The notes under the pieces were generated by a model that was not told the DNA's origin, searched no databases, and saw only the letters and a program-made list of their open reading frames with translations. 53,407 bases of DNA, taken from Planctomycetales bacterium (lineage in GTDB: Bacteria > Planctomycetota > Phycisphaerae > SM23-33). This document shows positions 17,938 to 26,592 of the stretch, piece after piece (position 1 is the stretch's first letter; every line of letters begins with the position of its first letter). The stretch spans positions 1 through 53,407 of the forward strand of contig DAOVLV010000001.1 in assembly GCA_030631085.1 (NCBI GenBank), read 5' to 3'. The translations under genes were made by a program, and so were the position numbers.

Positions 17938-18516
17938 TCAGCCCGCCCGCCTTGCGGCTCGTTCTTCGCGGATGTCCTTAATCGTGATTTTGTACCGGTG
18001 TTTTATTTTGTTGGCGTAGGGGTCTTTCTCTGTCTGGGGATGATAGGAGCACGCGACGAGGTGGCTGCCGTCCTTGGCGAAAGTCGTTACCGTGACCATT
18101 TCGCCGTTCCACCCGAATGTAAAGCCTACCGCCAGGCGGCCGCGCTTACGTAGCCACGCACGAGGGACGCGGTGCTGCCACTCCGGCGGATCAACCCCGT
18201 CGGCGATAAATGGCTTCCGACCCTTCCACGCCTCGAAACTCTGCGCCGCTGATATGTTATCTGTAACCACGGCCAGCATGTAAAAACCCTCTGCGAGCCC
18301 ACCGTCCATACCGCACCAGCGGTTCATCCGGTACTTTTTCAGAATTGCCGCGAAGTCTCCGGGGTCGAATCTCATGCCTGAATCAATCGCCAGCGATAAG
18401 GCCGACGCCATGGACCGATTTAATCTGTCCCATGAAAATCCTGTAACAGCAACGCTGTTTTTCCAAACAATATCAAGCAACTGGATCGCCGGTGATGGTT
18501 CTTTTTTGTTGGTCAT
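17938..18516 (-). CDS. Hypothetical protein (192 aa)
   Basis: ORF track entry, abutting its neighbours without gaps. Confidence 0.55.
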   Translation of the reverse strand: MTNKKEPSPAIQLLDIVWKNSVAVTGFSWDRLNRSMASALSLAIDSGMRFDPGDFAAILKKYRMNRWCGMDGGLAEGFYMLAVVTDNISAAQSFEAWKGRKPFIADGVDPPEWQHRVPRAWLRKRGRLAVGFTFGWNGEMVTVTTFAKDGSHLVACSYHPQTEKDPYANKIKHRYKITIKDIREERAARRAG

Positions 18517-20067
18517 TTAAACAGCCACTTCCTTTCTTCTAGCGGCGGAATAATTCGCCTTTACCAAGACCTCAGCGAGTTCGGGGCAGACTGAATTTCC
18601 GATTGCGGAAATCTGTCTGTATTTCGGTCCCGTCAACCGGCACCGAGAAGCGAACCGGCCCATCTGGGCGCGTTTCAGTTCATCCGGCTGGAGCATTCGC
18701 AGGCCGATGTCGATGATCTGATATTCGATGCCCGCGACCGTCACCAGGCCGTAGCGGGCGCGGGCGGTAATTGTGTCCAACGGTCTGTCAACCGGTTGGT
18801 CCTGGCCGCCGTTGCTGTAGTATTTCACGAGGAACGCCCGGACCTCGGCGAGGTGATAGCCACCGGCTGTGATCGTCGGCATGGGGCCGTTCATCGCCTG
18901 GCCGTGCTCGCACGTCCCGCGATACTTGGTCAGGAAGGCTGTACATAATCCGGTTTTATTTACATCCGCCGTTGCTGTTGGCGCGGGTCGGTTTGGGGAT
19001 TGTCCGATGGATTGACCGAACCATCGCGTGAGAAAAGCCGAGACGAGCGCATGGCGACCGCCGGTGGTGACTGTGTGGAGCGGGTCGCGCAGATCGGCTG
19101 AATGCGAGCCGTGATTATTCTTAAGCAGCCACGCCGGTATGAGGTCCGGCACCACCAGGCCGTGGGCGTCGCGGGAGGCGGTGATCGTCCTGAACGGTTC
19201 GTTCAATCCCTGGCCCCGAAATTCCTTGCCGCTGTGGTTTATAGTTACGATGAACGGCTCTTTTGCCTCTATCACGTATTTCCGCAGGCCGTTGGCGATC
19301 CGTCGCATCGTGTTGTCGGCCAGTGGTCTGCGAACGCCGACCTTCCGGGCCTCGGTGTCCGTCAGGAAGATGCTGTGGCAGGGTATTGACCAATCGATGC
19401 ACTCGGCTGCGGTGTGGTATGGTTTCGCACGGTCCGGCCCGTGCGAGCGTTCCGGCCAGGTTATCGGTTCGTTGTCGCAGCGGGCAACGAGGAACAGCCT
19501 GGACCGTGACGTCGGCGCTCCGTAGTCAGCGGCGTTCAATACTCTCCATTCGACGTCGTAGCCGTGTCCGCGAATCTGCCGAATGAAACTGTCGAAGGTG
19601 TGGCCCTTCCGGTCGGTGTCGATGCTGTTGTCGGCCCGCAGCGGCCCCCAGCCCTGGAACTCCTCGACGTTCTCCAGAATCACGATGCGGGGGCGGACCA
19701 TCGCCATCCATCGCAGGACGACCCACGCAAGGCCACGGATACGCTTTTCGACGGGCTTGCCGCCCTTGGCCTTGGAAAAGTGTTTGCAGTCGGGGGAGGC
19801 CCATAGCAGCCCGACCGGACGGCCCCTGGTTGCGTGTAGCGGGTTGACGTCCCATATGTTCTCGCAGTAGTGAAGCGTCCGTGGGTGATTCAGTTTGTGC
19901 ATCTCGATGGCGTAGGTGTCGTGGTTGATTGCAATGTCAACCGGTCTGCCGAGGGCGGCCTCGATGCCGAGCGACGCCCCGCCCGCCCCTGCGAACGAAT
20001 CGATTATGAGTTCATGGCCGTCGCTGGCCAGATCGCCCACCAGTTGTTCAGGCTGGAATAATTTCAT
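18517..20067 (-). CDS. DNA (cytosine-5)-methyltransferase
   Basis: FAGAGGASLG (motif I), ASPDCKHFS (IV), ILENVEEF (VI), APTSRSRLFLVA (VIII), GNSVCP (X). Confidence 0.9.
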   Translation of the reverse strand: MKLFQPEQLVGDLASDGHELIIDSFAGAGGASLGIEAALGRPVDIAINHDTYAIEMHKLNHPRTLHYCENIWDVNPLHATRGRPVGLLWASPDCKHFSKAKGGKPVEKRIRGLAWVVLRWMAMVRPRIVILENVEEFQGWGPLRADNSIDTDRKGHTFDSFIRQIRGHGYDVEWRVLNAADYGAPTSRSRLFLVARCDNEPITWPERSHGPDRAKPYHTAAECIDWSIPCHSIFLTDTEARKVGVRRPLADNTMRRIANGLRKYVIEAKEPFIVTINHSGKEFRGQGLNEPFRTITASRDAHGLVVPDLIPAWLLKNNHGSHSADLRDPLHTVTTGGRHALVSAFLTRWFGQSIGQSPNRPAPTATADVNKTGLCTAFLTKYRGTCEHGQAMNGPMPTITAGGYHLAEVRAFLVKYYSNGGQDQPVDRPLDTITARARYGLVTVAGIEYQIIDIGLRMLQPDELKRAQMGRFASRCRLTGPKYRQISAIGNSVCPELAEVLVKANYSAARRKEVAV

Positions 20068-21200
20068 TCAAACATCCCGCCTTCCGTTTTCTTGTCTGTG
20101 TAGCTCGGCCCGTTGATCAACAGCACTTCCGGGGCAACGTCCGCCGTCCCGCCTCGCTTGTTTTGTGTGCTCAAAGCCTTGTGGCGGTAGCATTTGACCT
20201 TTGTCCAGCGAGGGGGGGAATGCGCGGGTTTTGTAAATGTCCCCTTTTCTGTCGATATGGCGACAATTTCATCAACAGAATCCGGCAAGCGACTGTTCGC
20301 CAATTCCTTCTGTATACGAATACTTACGGCGTCTTTTGAGTCCGTTTCGTCGTAATAAACAGTTAGTTTGCCATCTTTGAAAAAGGTTTTTTCGACTCCC
20401 TCAAGTTTATCAATGCGGTCGGTTATATTTGTTTTTCCCTTCCACTTCTCGGTGGGGTAGAATTCGTCGAGGCGGGGATCGTCGTAATAGGAAACGACCA
20501 CGCGGGCTTTTTTAAATCGCCAAAGAAGCACCGACAGGCGAGCGTGATCCTCGGCCTCGAAGTCGTGGATGTACTTCGCGCCTTTGGTCAGGTACGGAGG
20601 ATCGACGTAGATCGCCGTGCCGCCCTCGTCGGCGATTTTTCCAATCAGTTCCAGACCGTCCTTGCAGAGAATCGTTACCTCGCGCATCCGTCGCCGCCAG
20701 GCGGGGATCGAATCGATAGCCGAGGCCCATCGTTTGGCCGCGTGGCCACCGTTCTGCGTGTAGCGGGCGCAGAACCCCTGATTGTAGGATTGCGTCCCTG
20801 TAACGCCGTTTCTGCCGAGCCACGACGCGATGAAGTAGTAGTAAGCCCACAGGAGAGGGTCCGGCGTCGTTCCATTCGTTTTGTATCGTTTGACGCTTTC
20901 GGTTGCCTGGCGGAACAGAGATTCATGGCACAGCGTCCGTTTCAGATGTCTGTATAGTTCCGGGGCGAGGTACGGATCCCGAATTACGCAGGCGAGATTT
21001 ATCAAGTCGTTGTTCAGGTCGTTGACCGTCTCGGAGGTGGATTTGGGCTTGCCTAACAGGACGGCCATCGAACCGCAGAACGGCTCCCAGTAGGATCGGT
21101 GCTCTCCGAGTTCGGCGACGATGCGCGGAGCCATCGTCCGCTTGCCGCCGAACCAGGGCGCTATCGCTTTGATCTTCGGTATGTTTGTATCCGTCGCCAT
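20064..21200 (-). CDS. Dam-type (D12 class) N6-adenine DNA methyltransferase with C-terminal extension
   Basis: APWFGGKRTMAPRI, EPFCGSMAV, IYVDPPYL. Confidence 0.85.
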   Translation of the reverse strand: MATDTNIPKIKAIAPWFGGKRTMAPRIVAELGEHRSYWEPFCGSMAVLLGKPKSTSETVNDLNNDLINLACVIRDPYLAPELYRHLKRTLCHESLFRQATESVKRYKTNGTTPDPLLWAYYYFIASWLGRNGVTGTQSYNQGFCARYTQNGGHAAKRWASAIDSIPAWRRRMREVTILCKDGLELIGKIADEGGTAIYVDPPYLTKGAKYIHDFEAEDHARLSVLLWRFKKARVVVSYYDDPRLDEFYPTEKWKGKTNITDRIDKLEGVEKTFFKDGKLTVYYDETDSKDAVSIRIQKELANSRLPDSVDEIVAISTEKGTFTKPAHSPPRWTKVKCYRHKALSTQNKRGGTADVAPEVLLINGPSYTDKKTEGGMFE

Positions 21201-21211
21201 CCGTGGCTATT

Positions 21212-21248
21212 CAATCTCCAATTGTCAATTGCCAATTGAAAATTGAGA
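21212..21248. repeat. Tandem heptamer array (CAATTGN)
   Basis: caatctccaattgtcaattgccaattgaaaattgaga, immediately upstream of the dam-like ATG. Confidence 0.8.
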
Positions 21249-21374
21249 TTCCTCCCACTTTTTTCCGCATTGCCAGCAATGCCGGACCTTTACGCCGGTC
21301 TTGCTGTCTCGCCTGGCCTGGACGAATTCAAAGCCGCATCGCGGGCAGGTACGGAATTTGGGATGAGGGTTCAT
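21225..21374 (-). CDS. Small zinc-ribbon protein (49 aa)
   Basis: Own translation: MNPHPKFRTCPRCGFEFVQARRDSKTGVKVRHCWQCGKKWEESQFSIGN. Below the ORF-track size cut-off. The tail runs into the heptamer array. Confidence 0.4.
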   Translation of the reverse strand: MNPHPKFRTCPRCGFEFVQARRDSKTGVKVRHCWQCGKKWEESQFSIGN

Positions 21375-21389
21375 GTTTTTGCCATGCCG

Positions 21390-21575
21390 TTATTCCGGCG
21401 GGCGGAGAAGGAAATCACGACGGCGAATGTGGCGGACAAAGCGGAGAATCGCCCGCCCGCAGTCGTGCTTTCGTGTGTAGCCTTGCCCGCCGTCGGCGAC
21501 GATGCGTCTGTTACGATGCTTCGCGTGCCAGTACCATAGTCCGCTTTTGCCTTGGGAAGTTTCAAACGTGATCAT
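21390..21575 (-). CDS. YegP/DUF1508-like protein
   Basis: ..KSGLWYWHAKHRNRRIVADGGQGYTRKHDCGRAI.. matches the DUF1508 repeat pattern. Confidence 0.6.
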   Translation of the reverse strand: MITFETSQGKSGLWYWHAKHRNRRIVADGGQGYTRKHDCGRAILRFVRHIRRRDFLLRPPE

Positions 21576-21576
21576 C

Positions 21577-21843
21577 TTAATGCTCCTTCTTTTTTAGGTT
21601 CACAAACCGGTCAATCACATGGTGATAAGCCTTTGGTCCCATTCGTCGAAATTCCGCCGTCGGAATCTTGTCAAAGAGCGGGCGGAATATCATTTTGGCC
21701 CCCTCGTGCATCATTTGCGAAAACTCCTCAAGCGTCATTTGCGGATATTTGGTCTGTAAATCTCGTAGGATTTCCGAAAGGCACGCTTCCATCGCCTCGT
21801 AGAGACCTTTGTTGAATACATCTTGTTTGGTCAACGCTCTCAC
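21577..21843 (-). CDS. Hypothetical protein (88 aa)
   Basis: ORF track entry. Helical, no motif. Confidence 0.5.
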   Translation of the reverse strand: MRALTKQDVFNKGLYEAMEACLSEILRDLQTKYPQMTLEEFSQMMHEGAKMIFRPLFDKIPTAEFRRMGPKAYHHVIDRFVNLKKKEH

Positions 21844-21858
21844 TTCGTCCTCTGTGGC

Positions 21859-21893
21859 CTAGTTCCTGGTCCCTAATCCCCAGTCCCTGTCTG
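21859..21893. repeat. Tandem heptamer array (CTAGTCC type)
   Basis: ctagttcctggtccctaatccccagtccctgtctg. Confidence 0.7.
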
Positions 21894-22814
21894 CAAAGGC
21901 ATCTCGTTCCATTCGCGCCCGGCGTGCAGTCGCCCGGCTTTTTTCTTTCCGATGCGGAAAGAGCAGGTTCCGTCGGGCCATTCATGAATATGCGTTATCC
22001 ACGGATGCTCGGTGATACAATCGCCAAGCGGCAACGCCCGAATCATTGCCTTCGGTATCTGCGAATCGTGTATCCACGCTCCCCATTGCTTGAAGAAGAA
22101 CGGCACGTTTGCGGCAACGCACTGGTCACGGACGCCTCGCGCCCAGGCCGGGTCCATCGGTCTCGCGCCCGGGCCTGTCTCACCGCCGACGATTACCCAA
22201 TCGAGCATTCGTAGCGTGTCCTCGGTTAGTTTGATTCCCGCCAGCATCGGTTCGATGGAAACAAATCTCATCACCGCAGGCGTATTTTTCAGGTGCGCAA
22301 TCCGCTCGTAGCATTCGGGAGATTCGACGGTAACGCCAAGCCAGACGTTCGGGAGTGGCCAAGTAGCGTCTTGCACGGGCACGTTAGCGGCGTAGCGATA
22401 ATCGGGAGCAACTCTTTCGGGGTCAAATAAGTAATTTTTGTTACGAGGGACATACCACCGTATAAACTTTCGCATTCTCGCAGGTCGTTTTGTGAGTATC
22501 TGAAAAATGTGTCGTGGGCAAATGGCTGCGACGGCGATAATCCGCTCGATGAACTCAAATGGCACATCATCATGAAACAGGTCGCCCATTGAGCATACGA
22601 AAATCATCCGGGGCTTTTTCCACCGGAGCGGTTGGTCCAGTCGGTCGGGGTGGAGCGTAACGGCGAACCCGTTCTCGTAGCCTGGCGTCCCCATCCCCTG
22701 CAAACGTTTCGCCATGCGCTTGGCGTAGCAGTTGGCGCAGCCTTCGGAGACTGGCGTACAGCCGGTTACAGGGTTCCAGGATGAGTCCGTCCATTCGATT
22801 TTGGTTTTGCTCAT
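21873..22814 (-). CDS. Gp37/Gp68 (DUF5131) family phage protein
   Basis: ATG at 22814. MSKTKIEWTDSSWNPVTGCTPVSEGCANCYA is the hallmark N-terminus of DUF5131. Confidence 0.8.
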   Translation of the reverse strand: MSKTKIEWTDSSWNPVTGCTPVSEGCANCYAKRMAKRLQGMGTPGYENGFAVTLHPDRLDQPLRWKKPRMIFVCSMGDLFHDDVPFEFIERIIAVAAICPRHIFQILTKRPARMRKFIRWYVPRNKNYLFDPERVAPDYRYAANVPVQDATWPLPNVWLGVTVESPECYERIAHLKNTPAVMRFVSIEPMLAGIKLTEDTLRMLDWVIVGGETGPGARPMDPAWARGVRDQCVAANVPFFFKQWGAWIHDSQIPKAMIRALPLGDCITEHPWITHIHEWPDGTCSFRIGKKKAGRLHAGREWNEMPLQTGTGD

Positions 22815-22826
22815 GGTCGCTTCCCT

Positions 22827-22863
22827 CAATTGCCAATTGTCAATTGTCAATTGGCAATTGAAA
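22827..22863. repeat. Tandem heptamer array (CAATTGN)
   Basis: caattgccaattgtcaattgtcaattggcaattgaaa, immediately upstream of the DUF5131 ATG. Confidence 0.8.
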
Positions 22864-22867
22864 ATCC

Positions 22868-23089
22868 CTAATCCCCATCCGTATTCGACGGGTCCTGTTT
22901 CATCGCCCAGTTCTGTGCCTGGTCTGTCGAGCACCAGGCAGTGATCGCGTCTTTCAGCCCTGGCGGGAGTCGATCTTCGTCGTCGAATTCCGGCCAGACC
23001 TCTACGTGGGGTCCGCCATTCTCGGCGACGATGCTGATCTGGATTGCGAGGCCGCCAACGTCGATTTTGTCCCGATACGTATGAGTCAT
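22868..23089 (-). CDS. Hypothetical protein (73 aa)
   Basis: ATG at 23089 (MTHTYRDKIDVGG..), downstream of a hairpin. Confidence 0.45.
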   Translation of the reverse strand: MTHTYRDKIDVGGLAIQISIVAENGGPHVEVWPEFDDEDRLPPGLKDAITAWCSTDQAQNWAMKQDPSNTDGD

Positions 23090-23108
23090 TTCGCTCGCTC
23101 CTTGTAAG

Positions 23109-23170
23109 CCCCCGGCATTGCCGGGGGATTCTTCTGCCAATCGCGGGTTATCCCCCAGCGGTGCTGGGGG
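23109..23170. terminator. Two C5/G5 hairpins (23109-23127, 23152-23170)
   Basis: CCCCCGGCATTGCCGGGGG and CCCCCAGCGGTGCTGGGGG. The second encodes ..TPSTAGG at the end of 23148..24062. Confidence 0.45.
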
Positions 23171-24062
23171 TTTGTTTATCCAGCATGATTTGCACCTGGT
23201 CGGTCATTATTCGCTCTTTACCGTTGACGACGACGACCTGGCCTTCGTAGCCACGCCACAAATCGGTCGGGTGAGGGCCTCGGTTTCTGATCGGGCCTGC
23301 GTAGTGGGTGCCCGTTATCGTCAGCCGCCACGCCTCGGCGGTCTTGGGGCCGTCCTCGGTGCCGTCGCTGGCGGTTATGGTGTAAAAGCACTTGTCGTGC
23401 TCAAAGGCTCTGACCTCAGCGGGCTTGTCGTCTGTGGCCTCGGCCAGTTCCGGCGCGCAGTAGTAATCGAAAAGGGATTTATCCTTCGGCAGTTTGATCG
23501 CCGACGCGGGGATTTCCCGAATGCTCGCTTGGTAGGCTTCGATGGCCTGTTGGTTTTTCCGCCTCTCCCAGAAGGCCGCCAGCGCGTCCTCGATGTGGTC
23601 GGCGGCCTTGGCGCCGATACCCGGAATATGGACCAAGTCAAACTGGTCGGACCCGTCAGGGCTGGCCGTGGCGAGGGCCGTTTTGTCGGCCATCTCGCCG
23701 ATAGTCTCGATCCCGGCGTTGGCGAGTTTCGCCAGTACCGCCGGTTTGATGATCGGGTCGGTCAGTTCGCTCAGGTGGATTATCCGCCAGCCGTCCTGTT
23801 CGGTTTCCGGTATTCCGGTATTCCCGTCCTCCGGTCTGTCAAACAACGGCAGCGAGCCGTCGCGGATAAAATCGCCCAAGTCAAGAATCCGGCCCTCCCG
23901 CATATCCTTGGCCTCTTTGAGACTTTCCTTCCGGTCATAGACTATCTTTGTCGCCTCGTCGATCCCCGCCTGTTTGAGCCGGATGATTTTTAAACGTTCG
24001 GCCAGGACGTGATCGGTTTCGGCGTCGCAGGCCTGCCCCGTGGGGGATTGTGTGTCTGTCAT
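23148..24062 (-). CDS. Hypothetical protein with helix-hairpin-helix-like segment
   Basis: ATG at 24062 (MTDTQSPTG..). Contains ..LVHIPGIGAKAADHIEDAL.. and one copy of the 24-mer (ALATASPDG). Confidence 0.55.
   Translation of the reverse strand: MTDTQSPTGQACDAETDHVLAERLKIIRLKQAGIDEATKIVYDRKESLKEAKDMREGRILDLGDFIRDGSLPLFDRPEDGNTGIPETEQDGWRIIHLSELTDPIIKPAVLAKLANAGIETIGEMADKTALATASPDGSDQFDLVHIPGIGAKAADHIEDALAAFWERRKNQQAIEAYQASIREIPASAIKLPKDKSLFDYYCAPELAEATDDKPAEVRAFEHDKCFYTITASDGTEDGPKTAEAWRLTITGTHYAGPIRNRGPHPTDLWRGYEGQVVVVNGKERIMTDQVQIMLDKQTPSTAGG
23652..23675 (+). repeat. 24-mer copy 2 of 4 (inside a CDS)
   Basis: Exact CCCGTCAGGGCTGGCCGTGGCGAG. Confidence 0.9.
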
Positions 24063-24077
24063 GTCGCTTCGCTCCTT

Positions 24078-24112
24078 CGATTTCCAATTTTCGATTTCTG
24101 ATTGAACAATTG
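24078..24112. repeat. Tandem heptamer array (CGATTTC/CAATTTT)
   Basis: tcgatttccaattttcgatttctgattgaacaattg, upstream of the ATG at 24062. Confidence 0.7.
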
Positions 24113-24288
24113 CGGCGGACAGGATTTGCACCTGTCTTGGGCTGGGCTGGTGATGCGTGTCCTCGCCCCGGCCTGAACTTGCATCGAGTGAGTACGCAAC
24201 AGGCCCGATGCTCATTACTCGTTACGCCTTGCCGTAGCCGCCGCCGCACTATTTGGTTATTCGGTTCCCGGTCCTTCCGGTAATCCGG

Positions 24289-24312
24289 CTCGCCACGGCC
24301 AGCCCTGACGGG
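24289..24312 (-). repeat. 24-mer copy 3 of 4 (inverted orientation)
   Basis: Plus strand reads CTCGCCACGGCCAGCCCTGACGGG, the exact reverse complement. Confidence 0.9.
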
Positions 24313-24329
24313 TATTCCGGTCTTTCCAC

Positions 24330-24403
24330 TAGCAGGGCCGGGAGTCGAACCCGGGGATTTTCTGGTAATGAGCCAGACGAGCCGCCGTTGCTCCATCCCT
24401 GCG
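24330..24403 (-). tRNA. tRNA-like gene, anticodon CAT (Met or Ile2 type), non-canonical
   Basis: Hand-folded minus strand. T arm CCGGG-TTCGACT-CCCGG, anticodon arm TCTGG-CTCATTA-CCAGA, D stem GAGC/GCTC, acceptor CGCAGGG/CCCTGCT with a 1:72 C-U mismatch. One extra nt after the acceptor, a 6-nt variable loop, U at position 37. Confidence 0.5.
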
Positions 24404-24502
24404 ATAATTGGGCTGGCGTGGCCGGGATTGAGACGGTCCCTTATTCAAGGACTCGTACCCGGCGCGGCTTATCGCACGGACACGGCAGCCCCGAGAGGTT
24501 TT

Positions 24503-25072
24503 TTAATCGCCTGCCGGCGGATCGTCCGACTCGCCGTCGTCACCGTCGTCGCCGTCGTCGCCGTCACCGGCTGGCGGGGTTTCCTCGCCGTCGCCTTCGT
24601 CGTCATCCGGTACGGTCCGCTCGCTGGCGGCTTCGACCGTCATCTCGCCTGTCAGTTCCGGCGGGACCGTGTCGTTCGCCTGGAAGGTTTTGAGGACCGG
24701 CGGCGTCGATGGGTTTCCGGCGTTGTCGATCACTATCAGCGACAGATCGACCTGTGAACCTTCGGCGGCCTCGACGTCGACGGTCTCGGCTTTCGGGTCA
24801 AGTTCGATGGTCTCGACCATCTCAAGTTTCCCGTCGGCGTCGGTACTGCGATTGATCGTCAGCACCTTCTTTACCACGTCGCCGGAGGGGCTCTCCGGCA
24901 GACCCACTTTGTAAGTCAAAATATCCATGCCGTTTTCCTTTCTTTCTGATACGGCTATCACGAATCTAAAAGGCCCGACGGTCGGGCGTTTTTCTCTGAA
25001 AATCCGATAAGTAATCCACGCGCCTACGACGGCGATTGCGAAGATCAAAATTACCGTGATTATGGTTTCCAT
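24503..25072 (-). CDS. Membrane-anchored protein with acidic Asp/Gly-rich tail
   Basis: N-terminal TM METIITVILIFAIAVVGAWITY, beta-rich middle, tail DGDDGDDGDDGESDD. Alternative start at 24928. Confidence 0.5.
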   Translation of the reverse strand: METIITVILIFAIAVVGAWITYRIFREKRPTVGPFRFVIAVSERKENGMDILTYKVGLPESPSGDVVKKVLTINRSTDADGKLEMVETIELDPKAETVDVEAAEGSQVDLSLIVIDNAGNPSTPPVLKTFQANDTVPPELTGEMTVEAASERTVPDDDEGDGEETPPAGDGDDGDDGDDGESDDPPAGD

Positions 25073-25086
25073 GTCTGGTTCCTTAT

Positions 25087-25105
25087 CCCCCGGCGTTGCC
25101 GGGGG
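25087..25105. terminator. C5/G5 hairpin
   Basis: CCCCCGGCGTTGCCGGGGG. Confidence 0.45.
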
Positions 25106-25187
25106 CTTGTTTTCCCTAATCCCTACGACCTATCCCCTTTCAGCCAGGCTGCGAGTGTCGGCAGCCCGAAGCAAACCGTTACGATCA

Positions 25188-25448
25188 TCACAACGAGAAA
25201 CTGTTCCATAAGAGTCCCTTTCTTACTTGGATTGGCGGGTCGGGTTCACCACGGCGTAGTCCCCTGGGGGACGAAGCCGGGATGTTTACTTCGATTGCCA
25301 CGGCGTAGGCCCCGGCGTCGTCGCGCCGATAGACTCCGTATCCGCCGCCTGTCCGCGTGGAGTTTCTGACGGCTTGGCGAATGTCGCGGATCAGTTCGTC
25401 GGCGTCGGCGCGGCTGGTGATTTTCAGTATGGCTGCCGGGCGGCTCAC
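25188..25448 (-). CDS. Hypothetical protein (86 aa)
   Basis: ORF track entry. 4-bp overlap with the upstream gene. Confidence 0.45.
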   Translation of the reverse strand: MSRPAAILKITSRADADELIRDIRQAVRNSTRTGGGYGVYRRDDAGAYAVAIEVNIPASSPRGLRRGEPDPPIQVRKGLLWNSFSL

Positions 25449-26104
25449 GCTTTGTCCTCCGTGGGAGCGGGCGAGCCGGTTTCCGGATCAGCGATTACAG
25501 ATTGCGGGTGTGGATTTCCCGGTGTCGGCGGTCGGCAGCCATCCCCCTGCGGTGCAGGGGGTTTATTGAACAGATCCGCGTGTTCTTTTCGGAACGTTTT
25601 TATCCGGTTGACCATATCCTTGGTGATGCGAGATATGATGTTGGGACAGTGGTGATAAACTTCGTTGAAAGTGATCCGTCCGTCGATGATGTCCAATGCC
25701 AGTATGTAGGAAAGGGTTTGATCGGTGGCGATAATGAGTTTGCGGATGGTGTCAATATTATCGTCTAACGCCTGATACTGCTGGCGGATTTCTTCGCGGC
25801 ATTGTCCCGGACTTTTGGGGTGGGCGTGGCGTTTCGATTCGGCCGGGAATCTCTCGCGGACTTCTTCGAAGAGTGATTTGTACTGTTTCGGGCAGGGCGT
25901 CTCACCGTCGACCAGGCGGGCCAGCATCCGTTTGCAGGCCGCTTCGGTCCGATGAAGGTCAACGGCTATCGGTCCTAATTTCCATCCGTCCCGCAACTGA
26001 TTCAACAGGCACCCTATCTCCCATTCGCCCCAGTGCGTATTGGTCTTGCTTGTCCGGGCGCAGCCTGTCGGCTCCGCCGGGTCCTGATTCCGTTCCGTGT
26101 CCAT
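25445..26104 (-). CDS. Hypothetical protein with Myb/SANT-like N-terminal helix-turn-helix
   Basis: HWGEWEIGCLLNQLRDGWKLGPIAVDLHRTEAACKRML. A C5/G5 hairpin (25543-25561) lies inside its 3' part. Confidence 0.5.
   Translation of the reverse strand: MDTERNQDPAEPTGCARTSKTNTHWGEWEIGCLLNQLRDGWKLGPIAVDLHRTEAACKRMLARLVDGETPCPKQYKSLFEEVRERFPAESKRHAHPKSPGQCREEIRQQYQALDDNIDTIRKLIIATDQTLSYILALDIIDGRITFNEVYHHCPNIISRITKDMVNRIKTFRKEHADLFNKPPAPQGDGCRPPTPGNPHPQSVIADPETGSPAPTEDKA
25543..25561. terminator. C5/G5 hairpin (within the 25445..26104 reading frame)
   Basis: CCCCCTGCGGTGCAGGGGG. Confidence 0.35.
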
Positions 26105-26123
26105 GTCCGAGTCCTTTCTGTTT

Positions 26124-26199
26124 CACGAATTACACGAATCACTACGAATTTCACAAATTACGAATTACGAATTACTGATTACGATTCACTAATTACTGA
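26124..26199. repeat. Tandem heptamer array (ACGAATT/ACTGATT)
   Basis: cacgaattacacgaatcactacgaatttcacaaattacgaattacgaattactgattacgattcactaattactga. Confidence 0.8.
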
Positions 26200-26542
26200 C
26201 AGCCAAACTTCCATTCAAAAACCCTTCACGTTTGAGAAATCGTTTCGCGGCGGTGTTTGTTTTCCGTCCGCAGGCCCGCCGGAGATTTTCGACGATTATC
26301 GGTCTGGCTTGGTCAAGTGCGTTTCGTCGGCGGTTGAATCTCCGCAGGGCCTGCCGTGAGGTGTAGCGGCATCGCCCGATCAGCGTGGTCTCCAGGAATA
26401 TCCTTACATTTTTCGGTGAATAACCCTTCGTGGCCCATCGCCAGACGGTTGAGAAGTTGACTTTTTTGCCGTTCCTTCTCGGCAGTTTGTCCGGGACGTC
26501 TTTTATTGCGATCCCGCAGTCCGGGTCCGCTTCAATCTCCAT
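26189..26542 (-). CDS. DUF1580-like small DNA-binding protein
   Basis: ATG at 26542 (MEIEADPDCGIAIKDVPDKLPRRNGKKVNFSTVWRWATKG..), an excisionase/HTH-like pattern common in Planctomycetota. Confidence 0.5.
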   Translation of the reverse strand: MEIEADPDCGIAIKDVPDKLPRRNGKKVNFSTVWRWATKGYSPKNVRIFLETTLIGRCRYTSRQALRRFNRRRNALDQARPIIVENLRRACGRKTNTAAKRFLKREGFLNGSLAVSN

Positions 26543-26553
26543 CGCTACGCGAC

Positions 26554-26588
26554 TGATTATTGTGGATTGCGGATTGTGGATTGCGGAT
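26554..26588. repeat. Tandem heptamer array (TGYGGAT x4 plus one degenerate unit)
   Basis: tgattattgtggattgcggattgtggattgcggat, between the stop at 26593 and the ATG at 26542. Confidence 0.85.
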
Positions 26589-26592
26589 TGAG

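Noticed and set aside
25123-25209. 28-aa hydrophobic peptide ORF (MEQFLVVMIVTVCFGLPTLAAWLKGDRS), possibly holin-like
   Set aside because: It is too short and overlaps the end of the 86-aa ORF. Nothing beyond hydrophobicity supports it.
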